From Parasitella parasitica NRRL 2501 (taxonomy: Eukaryota > Fungi > Mucoromycota), in NCBI GenBank assembly GCA_025201805.1, contig MU619243.1, positions 1-64,000 on the forward strand: a stretch of DNA of 64,000 nt. Reading direction: 5' to 3'. Positions 24,650 to 36,073 of the stretch are shown one piece after another; within the stretch, counting starts at the first letter, position 1; every line of letters starts with the position of its first letter. Made by a program: the position numbers and the translations under genes. The notes below the pieces were generated by a model. That model saw only the letters and a program-made list of their open reading frames with translations. It ran no database searches and was not told the origin of the DNA.

Positions 24650-27300
24650 GTATCGTGTTTTACTATATACATCGACATCTTGCATTTACAGCTGCCCGGG
24701 CCTCACTCTGATTCCTCATCAGTCTCATTATCGGCAATAGCTTGGATGTCCTTTGTCTTTTGCTTTCGGATAGGGGGAAAAAAGGTATCTAGATCTGGGC
24801 TTCGTTTGACAATTTGGCATCGTTTTACGCTGTACATATTCAGAGCTCGTTCTCTTTTGTTTGCAACAAGCTTGATAGCCTTTTAAAGAATCATATTACA
24901 ATGTTTGAAGGAGAACAATATGTCAAAGGTAGACTTGAAATCACATAAATCCGAGAGAGGTGCCAATGATAGAATACATACTTTATAATGAATCTAACTC
25001 CTTGACAGTGATCAAAAGTTACGTGCAAAAACAGTTTCCCCCCCCCCCCCATAAATATTCAATATAACATGTTTCTTACGGCTAATAAAATCCTGTTCGT
25101 TGAATTAAATGCTGCATCTTCTTCGATCAATGCTGCGACTTTGCAGGATGCAACGAGACGTAAGAATCGACCAAAATCGCTCACGATATTCTAAAGAGGT
25201 TGAACAGTTTATCGCCTTTTACATTATCTATCTGTTTTTAAAATGTGTAAGAGCTTACGTTTGATACGTTGTCAATCAGACTATGGGCAATTTTTTTAAG
25301 CTTTTCATTTATTGCACTAGTTAACATCTGGCCAGTGATACCATTTCTTTGTAGAATATTTATCAGCAAATTTTCGCATTGATTGAATGTGAATTGTTTG
25401 TGTAAATCCGTATGTGCTCGGCCTGGTTTCAAGAAAAAATGGATGAAAGGGCCAAAAGATGTTGAACTTTTCTTCCAACGTCAAATACTCGTTTTGGTTG
25501 AGTCTTCTCCTAATTTGAAGTCGAAAATCGTGAAAGCGACCGGACACATCTACGTTCTCGAAAAACAAAAGATCATGTTCAAGAGACACAGTGAAGTCCA
25601 ATTTAAAATCGCTATTATCTGTTGAGGATGCGTTTTCATTGAGAGGCAAGACATCAGCTAATGAGTTGCTTGTACTGGATTTCGCATTCAAAAAGATGAA
25701 AATCAATACTTTTTGGTGAAAGTCGACTCTGAAAAAGAAGAAAGTCTAAACTATAAATGATGATGGTGATGTAGAACTAAGTATCGTTTAAACAAAGAGT
25801 TTTTTTTTTTCTTGCCAAGTACTGGATTTGCATCCAAAAAGATGAGAAAGTGATGATTAATTTCAGTAAATGTCTTCTTCTGTTGAACATTTAGAGAAAA
25901 AACTTATACTATGTTCAATCCCACCATGGCAGTTTCCTTTAGCTATTTCCTCACTCCACTCCCCAATGTACTTTACGAGCTCTACTGTTGCGAGCCCAGG
26001 CTTTCTTTTAACGAGTCCTTTTAGCTTAGAAAAGCACTCCTCAACGGGATTGAGAAATGGACTATAGCCGGGCAAAAAATAGACATGGTGGCCAGTTCTT
26101 CCTTACTTTTGAAGCTGTGTGAATTCTAGTATTACCCATGATGAAATACCACGGAGGAGTATTGTCTCTGTCAATGTTTGCAATAATTTGTTTGACAAAA
26201 CCAATAAAGATACCGGCGGTAGTGCGTCCAGGTCCTTGCTTCACAGATACATCTTCGATACTACTGTAAGAAATCCCAGCCAAAACAGAAATGTTGGTTG
26301 CTCTTTTTTGTCTAGGTCCTTACGATGGCATCTTATCATTTCTTTGGCCATTTTTCCGTCGAATCAAGTTGGCATTGAAGCCCGCCTCGTCGGCAAAGAT
26401 GCAATTTGTTTTGCTTGAAATGCCAAGTTGCTGTAAATTCTCCACAAAATCCTTTCTGCTTTTCTACAGGTTTTGTTTTCTTTAAGCGTGAAACCAACTT
26501 TTTGAAGCATATGCTTGTGAATTTGCCGAGTGGATAATACTACCTTGTCAGCCAGGTTAGGAAAATTCTTGCAAAGTTCGTCTCTGATTATAACTAATGT
26601 AAGCTCAGAATCATCGTCCAGCAGGTGGATGATGTACCTGGTGTGCTCTTCGGTGAGTTTTACGAGCGATTGAGCTCTTCCTACTCGCGACTTGTCTTTT
26701 ACAGTTCCTCTTTCCATATAGCGATCGATGGTATGGTTAACTGTGGACCGAAACAAATTAAAGAGTTTCGCAATTGTAGCAATGGTCATCAATGATAAGC
26801 TTCTTTACATGGTCACTAATGCAGGTGTTTCTTCATGTTCTTTGCTTTTTTGAGGAAGAAGTGGCAGAGTTATCATTATTAAAAGACATTAGCATAACGG
26901 TAGTACCGTATACTGTATCGGGTTGCAAGATTTCTTTTGTATAGACTGATACTTGATAAAAGAGCTGTTATGGTAATTAATTTCAGAAATAAAATGGAGA
27001 AAGAGCAAATGTAGGCTACCACTGAGCAAAAAAGCATTTTCTTCATCATTATTTTTGGGTTAGACTTTCACCAAAAACTATTGATTTTCATCTTTTTGAA
27101 TGCAAAATCCGCATTGCAACAGACACAGGTTTGTCACGGACAGCTAGCTCGTTAGGAATCTCGTCTGTAGAATTGAAGATGAAATCACAAGATAGTTGAT
27201 GTTTTTTCAAATGAAGCTTTAACGTTGCACCATTCTTCCTTTTTTTTTTCGCAAGGAGGACAAGGAAACCCACGTTCAAGAATATTTTCACCTGTGTACA
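24650..27300 (-). pseudogene. Decayed uncharacterised gene interrupted by a Tc1 element
   Basis: Minus-strand coding-like fragments on both sides of the element (27088-27291; 25317-25706; 25238-25432) with frameshifts; boundaries approximate. Confidence 0.45.
25675..27112 (-). mobile_element. Tc1/IS630-type DNA transposon with TIRs, transposase pseudogene (25863-~26800)
   Basis: HTH region (IATIAKLFNLFRSTVNHTIDRY), YSPFLNPVEECFSKLK, second catalytic D mutated (MGNTRIH); TIRs 25677-25724 and 27063-27110 match at 46/48 nt; TA precedes the left end. Confidence 0.9.
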
Positions 27301-28519
27301 TTATTGGCAATTAGATACAGATAAAACTTAGTTTTATTTTGGGAAAATCACTAACCAATTTTAATGTGCAAAACATGAAAATTAATAGTATGTATGTTAC
27401 GTTTGCATTTGTTGGTAGAAGTTTCTTGATGTTTGGTTTGAAATATTAGATGATACCGTATAAAGATCAATCAAATCAAACTGTGTAACCTGACAGGTTG
27501 TCAATATGATCTCTGCTCTTCTTTATCTCTGCTGTTTCATTTATTACGTATGAAACATTTGTTCCTTTGTATTTGGTGCTAAAGGGTTCTGAAGGAGGTC
27601 TTACTAGCGCGTTTACATTGCCGTCTGATTATGTCCAGCTTCCTTCATGCGGACATCCGATCATTGAATGAAAACTCAATAAGCCGCAATGGCTTGATTG
27701 GGGGTTCCCATACTTCAATACAAACTTGCTCCAGCATATGTAGCCACAGTGAGGGTTGCTATTGCAGTTAAGTTTGCTTCAAATCTGAATACGTTCAGCC
27801 TCACTAGATGCAACCAGATTAGTTAATGTGGCGTTTCATCATCACAACTTGTCAGTTTGCCTAGTGATGTGCAATAGCTAAGTATCAGTTGATTATCAAA
27901 GACTAAAAACTGTTTTGTATTGTTGATATTTCCGTGATATTTTTTAAGATAACAGTACTATTTAACATGCCAATTCATGACACTGCCCTTTGTCAGACAA
28001 CTCTTCGAGTCCAAACTAACAATTCCAAACTAACAATTTCAAATGGCTAACATCCAAGTTATAAGGATCCAGGGATTTCAGTGGAATTGATCACCACTGA
28101 ATGTCCCACTAAGTTCTAACAAGAACACTCCATTCAATCTTGGAACAAGATCAAATAGATTAAGGATATACTCCCAAAATTAGATTTTATCATTGCCGTA
28201 GTCATACCATGGTTCATCTTTGCCCACATTGCACAAGCTCAAAAGCGCCATTGTGAATTGTCCATTTATTCCTCTTTATTTTTATTAAATATGCATATTG
28301 TTGTAGACAATTAATGGCAGTAAGAATGAAGGTATGTATATTTACAATTCAATGTATATTTTTGTAAAGGAGAGTGTTGGAAATAAGTACAAGTTTTAAT
28401 GTGTTTGATAAGGCCGACTATCTTTGTTTTGGCACGAGTATAATGATTCATAAAGAACAAAAAAAAAGAAAAAGAGGAAGAAAGAGGAGGGAGGGTATAT
28501 ATATGTTGTGTTCATTTGT

Positions 28520-30278
28520 TCAAGGCTTTTTGGCAGTAAATATTTTCCATCGTGCAGAGCTATGAAATTCTTCAAACTCTTCTAAGGCTTCTAAACAGAC
28601 AAGATCATATTCTTCTTGAGATACCTTAATTTCAGAGCACCACCATCGTTTCATTGACTTGAATAAAGCTCTCATTTGCTCCTTGTAAAGGTAGCCATAC
28701 TGTTTCTCCACTACAAGTATTACATTAGTCGAATTGTAGTATATGTGAAACACTGTAAAAACTCACAATGTGTATCAGGCCATTCGCCTATGGGTATATC
28801 ATAAACCTGAACTTGCACATCTGCAAACCCAGCATCTTTCATGTAATCAGAAATATAGTGCGTATAATCAGGTTCGACGCCAATAGTAGCTGATGCTGAA
28901 CGATACCATTCATTGACTTGGGTTAAAACTGGGCCAGGACTTTTGAATAGCAAATCTATCATGTATAAAAAAAATAAAAAATATTATTACATACTTTCCT
29001 GTCTTGAAAAAACTAACTCACCATATTCGACTAATTGAATTTGTCCTCCAGACTTTGTAACTCTGAAAAATTCAGAAATTAAGCTTGGCCATAGTTTAAA
29101 AGGTAGAACAGTGGCCACATCTCGTTGATAAACAAAGTCAAAATGATTATCAGGAAACATCAATGGTTGCAAAATATCACCGTATTGAAATTCAACATTG
29201 GTTTTTTTCTTTATTTGACCAGCAGATAAAGAATTAGGGGCAGCGTTGACTGGAGCTAGATTCCAGCCTTCCTTTTCTGAGGGAGGTACGACATCAATAC
29301 CAATGACTTGACAGTCTGCGTAATCATGAGCTATTTCGAGCGACCATAAACCTAATTGAGAAATGCAATGAATATCTGACCATAATTAAAAGCAAAACCA
29401 AAAGAACTTGCCCACACCACATGCAGTTTCCAAGATTCTTGCAGGCTCAGCAAGGTGGACATGAATATTATTTTTGAATACCTGCTTCAAGACATAATGC
29501 TAATAGGGAATTGTTGTCAGTTTGATGACTGTGATCGATGTCCAACATGATTAAGAATTTTCCCATACCTGTCTTGTTTGTCTAACCATCCCGTTAAAAA
29601 ATAAAGATGAGTATGACAATTGAGCCATATACAGCAGCAGTCGTAATTTTACCTATCTCTTTCTTTCTCAGCACCGTATTCATAAACCCACACTTCTTTG
29701 TTCTCTCTTGTTCCACCAATTTGATCCCAGGAACGAATTGATGACGGTGATGGAGCCACAGTCGAGTTGACGATAAAACCATCCGAGTGCCTTACCGGCA
29801 TATAGGCGGATAACTCGTGTTCATTCAAGAACGATTGGGCGAATTCATCAAAAGAAGGTCGCAAGTGAGTAGGTGTGTTTAGCTCTCCGTCATCGCTTGT
29901 GACAGACGTGAATGACATGCTCCGGGTTCCTCGACAAGCTGTTCTAGCTGAAGATCGACGCTGTTGCTGGTACACATTAAGTGAACTTGCTGCGGACAGA
30001 GATACTAGTGGGGCTACATGATCTGTCAACACAAGCTGGTGCCGCACTGGACTTACAATGACGGGTTGTTGATGCTGGTCTTGCTTTTTTGCTTGCCGTT
30101 GCTTTTTTGGAAGCAATCTTGATGATTTTGAAGGGATAATGCGATTATTTTCCAATTGTTGATGGCTCTGCTTATTCAAACTTCCTGTAGAACTTGCTTT
30201 GGAACTGATGGCTGAGGGCCGGATGCGCCTTTGATTTGTGTTGTCAATTAACCCATCTTTGCTTAGTTGGTTACCCAT
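28520..30278 (-). CDS. LaeA-like class I SAM-dependent methyltransferase, multi-exon
   Basis: EKERDRQTRQHYVLK, ILETACGVGLWSLE (motif I), VIGIDV, FPDNHFDFVYQR, EFFRVTKSGGQIQLVE, IPIGEWP. Confidence 0.9.
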
Positions 30279-31271
30279 GTTTTTTTTGGGAAAGAAGAAG
30301 AAAGGTAAAGCTTACAAGTCTAGTGGGAAAATTGCTAAAAGACAGAGTGACCCTTCCCCATATATAGTGTGTGGGTACTCTTTTAATCGCATGGAAGAAA
30401 AAGTAATCTGAAGTTGCACCTTGTGAACAAAAGGCAGTTTAATTGGCTTGCCATGAATCTCCATCATGGATCGAATATTGTGGGGATATTTGGTATTGTG
30501 CAACGGTAGAACAGGTTGTTGCTGTTGTTTTATGATTGTTCTGAGAACGTGTCGATTACAATAATATTAAATTCATGTGCTCATAGATGCATTTGTCTAT
30601 ATAATGTTTGTATATTTTTACACGTTGGCCATGTGCATTGAACTTCTCATGTATAAGGGCATACCGTAAAAATCTATATCAGGCTGCTGACCTGAAGCAA
30701 ATTATCATAGTGTACATATTATAATTACTTGTGTATTACTGCTTAGTGCCACCAAATAATAACCTTATTACAACAAGATTATTATGTCTCATCTGCTTGA
30801 TGGTTGCATTGGCTGAGCAGAAAGAAATTAATCTTATTAATAGAAAATGGCATCATCAATGGCTATAAAAGCAGAATTAAATAAACATCAAGAATACTAA
30901 AACCATAAATGTCCTTATACAAATAGGCAGCGCCATATTAACACGCTTTGGCTGCTCTAAAACTTGATTCTGTGTGGAAAGTGGAAGGTTGCGCCTTAAC
31001 TTTTACCCAATTTGATTAGTGGTACCTTATGAGTAAACCATGTCTGTGGTAACCACAATGAAATACCGCCTCTCGCGGTGCACAACATACATATGTTCTT
31101 GTACACTGAAATGTGATAAAATGTCCAGGAGAATTATCTTGATTTAAACCTTAAAAAATATAGACACGTTGTAATTATAGGACTATTTCACAAAATGGAA
31201 TATAACAAATCGACGTTATGCCGGATGAATATATTACTCAATAAAGGACAAGGCACATGCTGAGTACATAC

Positions 31272-32002
31272 TTTTTTTTTTTTTTTTTGTAGTTAATATT
31301 TTATTTTATTCAAATATTATTTATAGAGGGACACATCGCGGAGTGGTGGACCTCGAACAACGAAAAAGACTAGCTGATATATGACTATGTATGTGAAGGG
31401 AGCAGTTTGTCAATGTGACAAACTGTCCGAGAGAGAAAGTGGGGTATGGAGGCGGAAGAGAGTGGTGCCGGATTTTGTCGGCCGTGAAGCCAGTACAAGT
31501 TCCACATTTGCCACAAGGTGGTAGAGATGACAGCGATATAGCGGGAATGATCTTGGATAAAACGTGGGAGATGGAGATAGCGCACGGTGCCATAGATAAG
31601 TTCAACAGTCAAGGGATAGTTGGCATAGTAATGGGAGAGTACGGATTGCCAAAATTGCCACTTGACTGGGCAGTCAACAAGGAAATGCCGCAGGGTATCA
31701 ATGCCTTGGGCACAAAAGGAACAGAGTGAGTTTTGAACAGAGCCAAGTTTGCAAAGGTAGGACTTGTGCGGGATACATTTCGACAGTGCCCGATAGAGGA
31801 CTGTTCTGGCAGCTGGATGCGCAGAAGAGGACCATAGAGTCTTGACCTGTGCATTGCTGAAACGGTGTTCGGATTGAACCAACTGCTGGTGATATTGACG
31901 AAAGGTGAGAGGGTGGTATTGAGTCCAGAGATCGGTAATGCCCAATGTGCCAAAGAAATCAAAACCAGTCCAGTCTATGGTAGAGGTAGAGGGAGGTTGT
32001 AG
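31272..32002 (-). mobile_element. 5'-truncated non-LTR retrotransposon (L1/Tx1-like, zf-RVT C-terminus) with poly(A) tail and 13-bp TSD
   Basis: CSFC...DTLRHFLVDCP...W zinc-binding motif; T-run at 31272-31288; GCTGAGTACATAC duplicated at 31259-31271 and 32003-32015; higher GC than flanks. Confidence 0.95.
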
Positions 32003-34124
32003 GCTGAGTACATACATTGTGTGCATCTCAACATGCATTGTTAATAAGGGTTAGGTAAACCACTAACGTCTTCCTCTTTTTAAATTGTTATTTTTTATCG
32101 TTATTATTGCTATCATTTTATAGATAAAAAGTCGAGAATTTTGCCTCAGTTGAAAGCTTTTCTGAAAAGTACGTGTAAGACCTGATAAAAGTTATCTTGG
32201 AATTGATGGACAACAAAAAGTAGCTTCTTGAATCCAATGATGCCATTCTATAATACAATACCTATGAAAAGAATGGATTGAGACAAAAAAGTAAGTGGTG
32301 TTTGAATGTTGCTTTCGTATAGATTATCAGGATTAATGGCTTGACCTCTTATTTTGCTGAGAACTGATATTCTCATTGACCATTGTCTTTTTTTTTTGTA
32401 ATCAACGTGGACGGTGTCAAAATTAATTACATTTTGATCTTTGATCGAGCCATTGCTTGGTCGCAAAGACATTTCACAATGTCAAGAAAAGGAGTTATGT
32501 GTGTTGCTCAAAAAATCCGTGTTGCTCAAAAAATCCTGATTCAGAAAGCCAAGTCGTTAAAACTGACATCTTACTTATTTTAAGCTATTCGCTTTCTTCT
32601 TATCAGATCAATGTCTTTTATTTAATCCATAATTCTGGCCATTATTGGTAGAAGGCGATTCTAAAAGGTTATCAACTTTCAATAAGCTATCGGCTTTAGA
32701 ATCATAGACTTATAATATAAAAATGCTCCACGAAAGAGAAGAAGTTTTGTGTAGCATTAAAATTATTGCTCACCTTGCCGTTGTGAGGCAAATTTATCTA
32801 GATTATTCTTTGCCACCATTTCATTTTCTTTGTTTTGCTTGATCGTGGCAATAAGCACATGAGTAATCAAAGCAAGTAATGCTAGAGCAAGTTTTATAGG
32901 TAGCTATAAAGGAGAGGGGGGCCAAAATGGCTCACTAAAAGCTGTAATCTGATGACCTCATGCAGGTGTTTGAGTATGTGTCACACCAGTCATGGTGACA
33001 AAATGGATTCGTTTCTTGATAAAGATGCGCTGAGCAATCGCTTGATTTGTGTATATTGGATTTTGCCAATCAAACAGTGCAAATTGGCAGAGACAATTAT
33101 GCAAATGGAGAAGACAAGTTACCCCACGCGAGCGTCGTTTATGGCTCACTTTTGTTTCTGGCACGTGCGTGTCAAACGCAGGTTTGCGTTTGATAGACGT
33201 AACAAAGACTGCCAGATTTTTATTAATACATGAAACAGTTACCTCTTGTTCTCCACATTTTCATTTAATTACATGCCGTAGTGCATGCTTATGAGGTTAA
33301 TGACAACATGTCCATTTGGATAATATATTATCAATAAATCAATTGTATATTATATGCCATACATTTATGGCAAAAACTAAACAATTGCGATTGTGTGTAG
33401 GATTTGTCCCGACTCGGCTTCCTCCGAATACGTTAAGAATTGCTCAAAAATGCTCAGCATATCCTCTATGTCTCTCAAAACTTCAACAGATTGTTTTTCC
33501 ATTGAAATAGAAAGAAATGTTACACCTGGGATTCCCGGCAAAAAGGGTTAAAAAGTGATATCATATCTGTCTGCAAATGTCCATTCGCGGGGAATCATAT
33601 AACCGTGGAAGTTTGATATGTCGTATATCACTATTTAGAAAATAGAACAAGTCGCCGAGAGATCAAAAGCCTGAAAAATATGGCAGATCAATCAAGATTA
33701 CCAGAGTTCTAGAGGAAAGGATATGCTCCATTGCAACATCAGATATGTCTCAAATGGCTTTGTTCTTGTTGAAGTCAACCTTAATACGAGTTATGATTTC
33801 TTTAAAAGCTGCTGTGAATATGTATTTCTTCTTCCTCTTTTGTCAAGTAATATGTTGATATTCTGACAATTGGATTCCTTAACATGTGTGTGCGGAGATC
33901 ATTGAAATTTAACAAATAAATAAAATCTTAACTGAAGAAAGCAGAAGCTTTGTTTGCATAGAATTCCATTCGGTCCCTAAAAGCTTGATTTGGTCATTCT
34001 GTCATACCAGCGTTTATAATTAGTAAAGATATGACAAAAAAAGAAGGGTTTATAAAAGAGCATGTGTCGGTTTTACGTTTTTTCAAGTTTTTTCCTGCTT
34101 CATTTTCCGTTTTTTTTTTGTACA

Positions 34125-35773
34125 ATGGCCCACGCAATATTCAATGTTTCTCCAGTAAAATTCTTGACATCGATTCAGGATCACGTCTTTACAGTTACGC
34201 CTTCGTTTAAAAACAAACTATATAGACAAAATAACACTGAGGATAATAGGCAGCAACCAAACCAAATGAATTCATCCAGTTCACCTGTAACCTTACAACT
34301 TACAATGCCAACTGATCCGACTATGGATCAAGATATATCACAGCGACTATTACAACAACAGCAGCAACAGGAAATGACAGAGGTCTCTTCCTCAAGTGTG
34401 CCTATTGATATTCCTAGGTCTTATCCATTAAATGTGCCAAATACCACAAATTACAACGAGGGTAAGCGGTGTTTTTGCAGCTTTTATTATATGCGTAAAC
34501 TGAGCATCACATTTCATTAGGATTAGGTTTAATCCCAAGCAACAATATGCTGTCTACCTCGTACACTTCTCATCATTCATCGTTCCATGACAATCATAAT
34601 TTAATCGCTTTAGCCAATAGTATACCAAATAGCAACCAATCACCGTATCTTCCTGCTGATGATTTGACGCTTTGTTTCGACGGACTAGCTGTGAAATCTC
34701 CCACAGGGTCGTATTATTCTCACCAAAATGGCATATATTCTCCACAACAGATCCATAGTCCAGTCAATATTGGATCGCCCCATTCTCCTATCTACTTTGG
34801 TAGTCCTCAATCGCCAAACAACAATTTCTTGGCAAACGATCCTCAGCAACAACAATACTCGTTTGTTGGCAGTCCAAATTCTGCGCATTTTCTTGGTAGT
34901 CCTGCATTAACCCCTTTTATGACTGACAATGGGTTTGGCTCATACCTCTCACCTGCAAATCGACAGCAGCATCTATCGCCCATTAACAGCCCCTCTCCCA
35001 CTGGTAGCTATGTCGGTCAGAATTATCTGTTTCCACCTACAGGTCTGCAAGCGGTTAATTTTTCAAGGCCTTCTTCTCCTGTCCCAGATGATGTAATTTT
35101 AACTGCCTCTGAAGTCAATGACTACATCAATTCACCGTATTTATCGCCTTCAGTTGTCTCCAATTCCGCATCTCCAGCACCCGCTGGACAGCCATTAAGT
35201 GTCAATACGAGCGCTAATTACATTGCTGGCGGTGATATGGATATATCCGAACTTTTATTTGGTGATACAATGAACACAGGAGCAATTTCCAGTAGTGCTA
35301 CTCCAGCCTCTCCTCTAACCGCATCTTATTTGGACGATATGGAGTTATCTCCATCTGTTGTGAAACGATCCTCGCCACAAGCACAAACACAAACAAATAC
35401 ACAGCCACACCAATACGTAATTTCTAAAGACGATGAGGAGCAAGGAAACGGAGGAAATAAAGAGTATGCAGATGAATATGGCAATGTATCAATTCACAAT
35501 AAATCCACTAAAAAGACCACCCCATCCGGCAGAAAAGCAAAGGTACATAAATGTCCTTATTGTCACCATACCAGTAATCGAGCAAATAATATGCGTGAAC
35601 ATGTACAGATACATGATCCAAATCGCCCAAAACCACATGCCTGTAAATTATGCTCCAGAGCATTTGCTCGCAAACATGATATGAATCGACATTATCTGTC
35701 TTGTAAGAAACAATATGCAAAGCATTATAAGCATAATACCAGTAACAACCATATTCCCCAGGAGAACACATAG
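34125..35773 (+). CDS. C2H2 zinc-finger transcription factor, Crz1-like (2 exons)
   Basis: Intron 34462-34520; SP-repeat-rich region; fingers CPYCHHTSNRANNMREHVQIH and CKLCSRAFARKHDMNRHYLSC. Start codon uncertain (34125 or 34267). Confidence 0.82.
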
Positions 35774-35782
35774 TTTTATACA

Positions 35783-35834
35783 CCCACCCACACATACACA
35801 CACACACACTCTCTCTCTCTCTTTCTCTCTCTCT
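35783..35834. repeat. Compound (CA)n/(CT)n microsatellite
   Basis: Seen directly downstream of the zinc-finger gene stop codon. Confidence 0.8.
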
Positions 35835-36073
35835 GTACATGATACGTATATGTAAATATATTTATAAATTCTCAAAGTCGCCAAAAGTCCACTTGCTCAG
35901 TTTTATATGGGCTTGAAAATAAATAAATTTAATATTGTTGAAGCACTGGCAGAAAATTGAGATTATGTTAAGAACGACATGCGATTGTGCATAGTATAAA
36001 TAAGCTTATGAATGATTCGCTTCGATTTTTCTTTATTTCTAATTTCACTTTTATCATCAATTCAACCCAAAAA

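Noticed and set aside
16400-27112. Fanzor/TnpB cargo associated with the Tc1/IS630 elements
   Set aside because: No RuvC or zinc-ribbon motifs recognisable in or beside the elements; a frameshift-aware HMM search of 17900-19900 would be needed to exclude a relic.
32501-32536. 18-bp tandem duplication GTGTTGCTCAAAAAATCC x2
   Set aside because: Two copies only; ordinary slippage with no further structure.
28520-35773. Secondary-metabolite cluster around the methyltransferase and transcription factor
   Set aside because: No backbone synthase, tailoring enzyme or transporter nearby.
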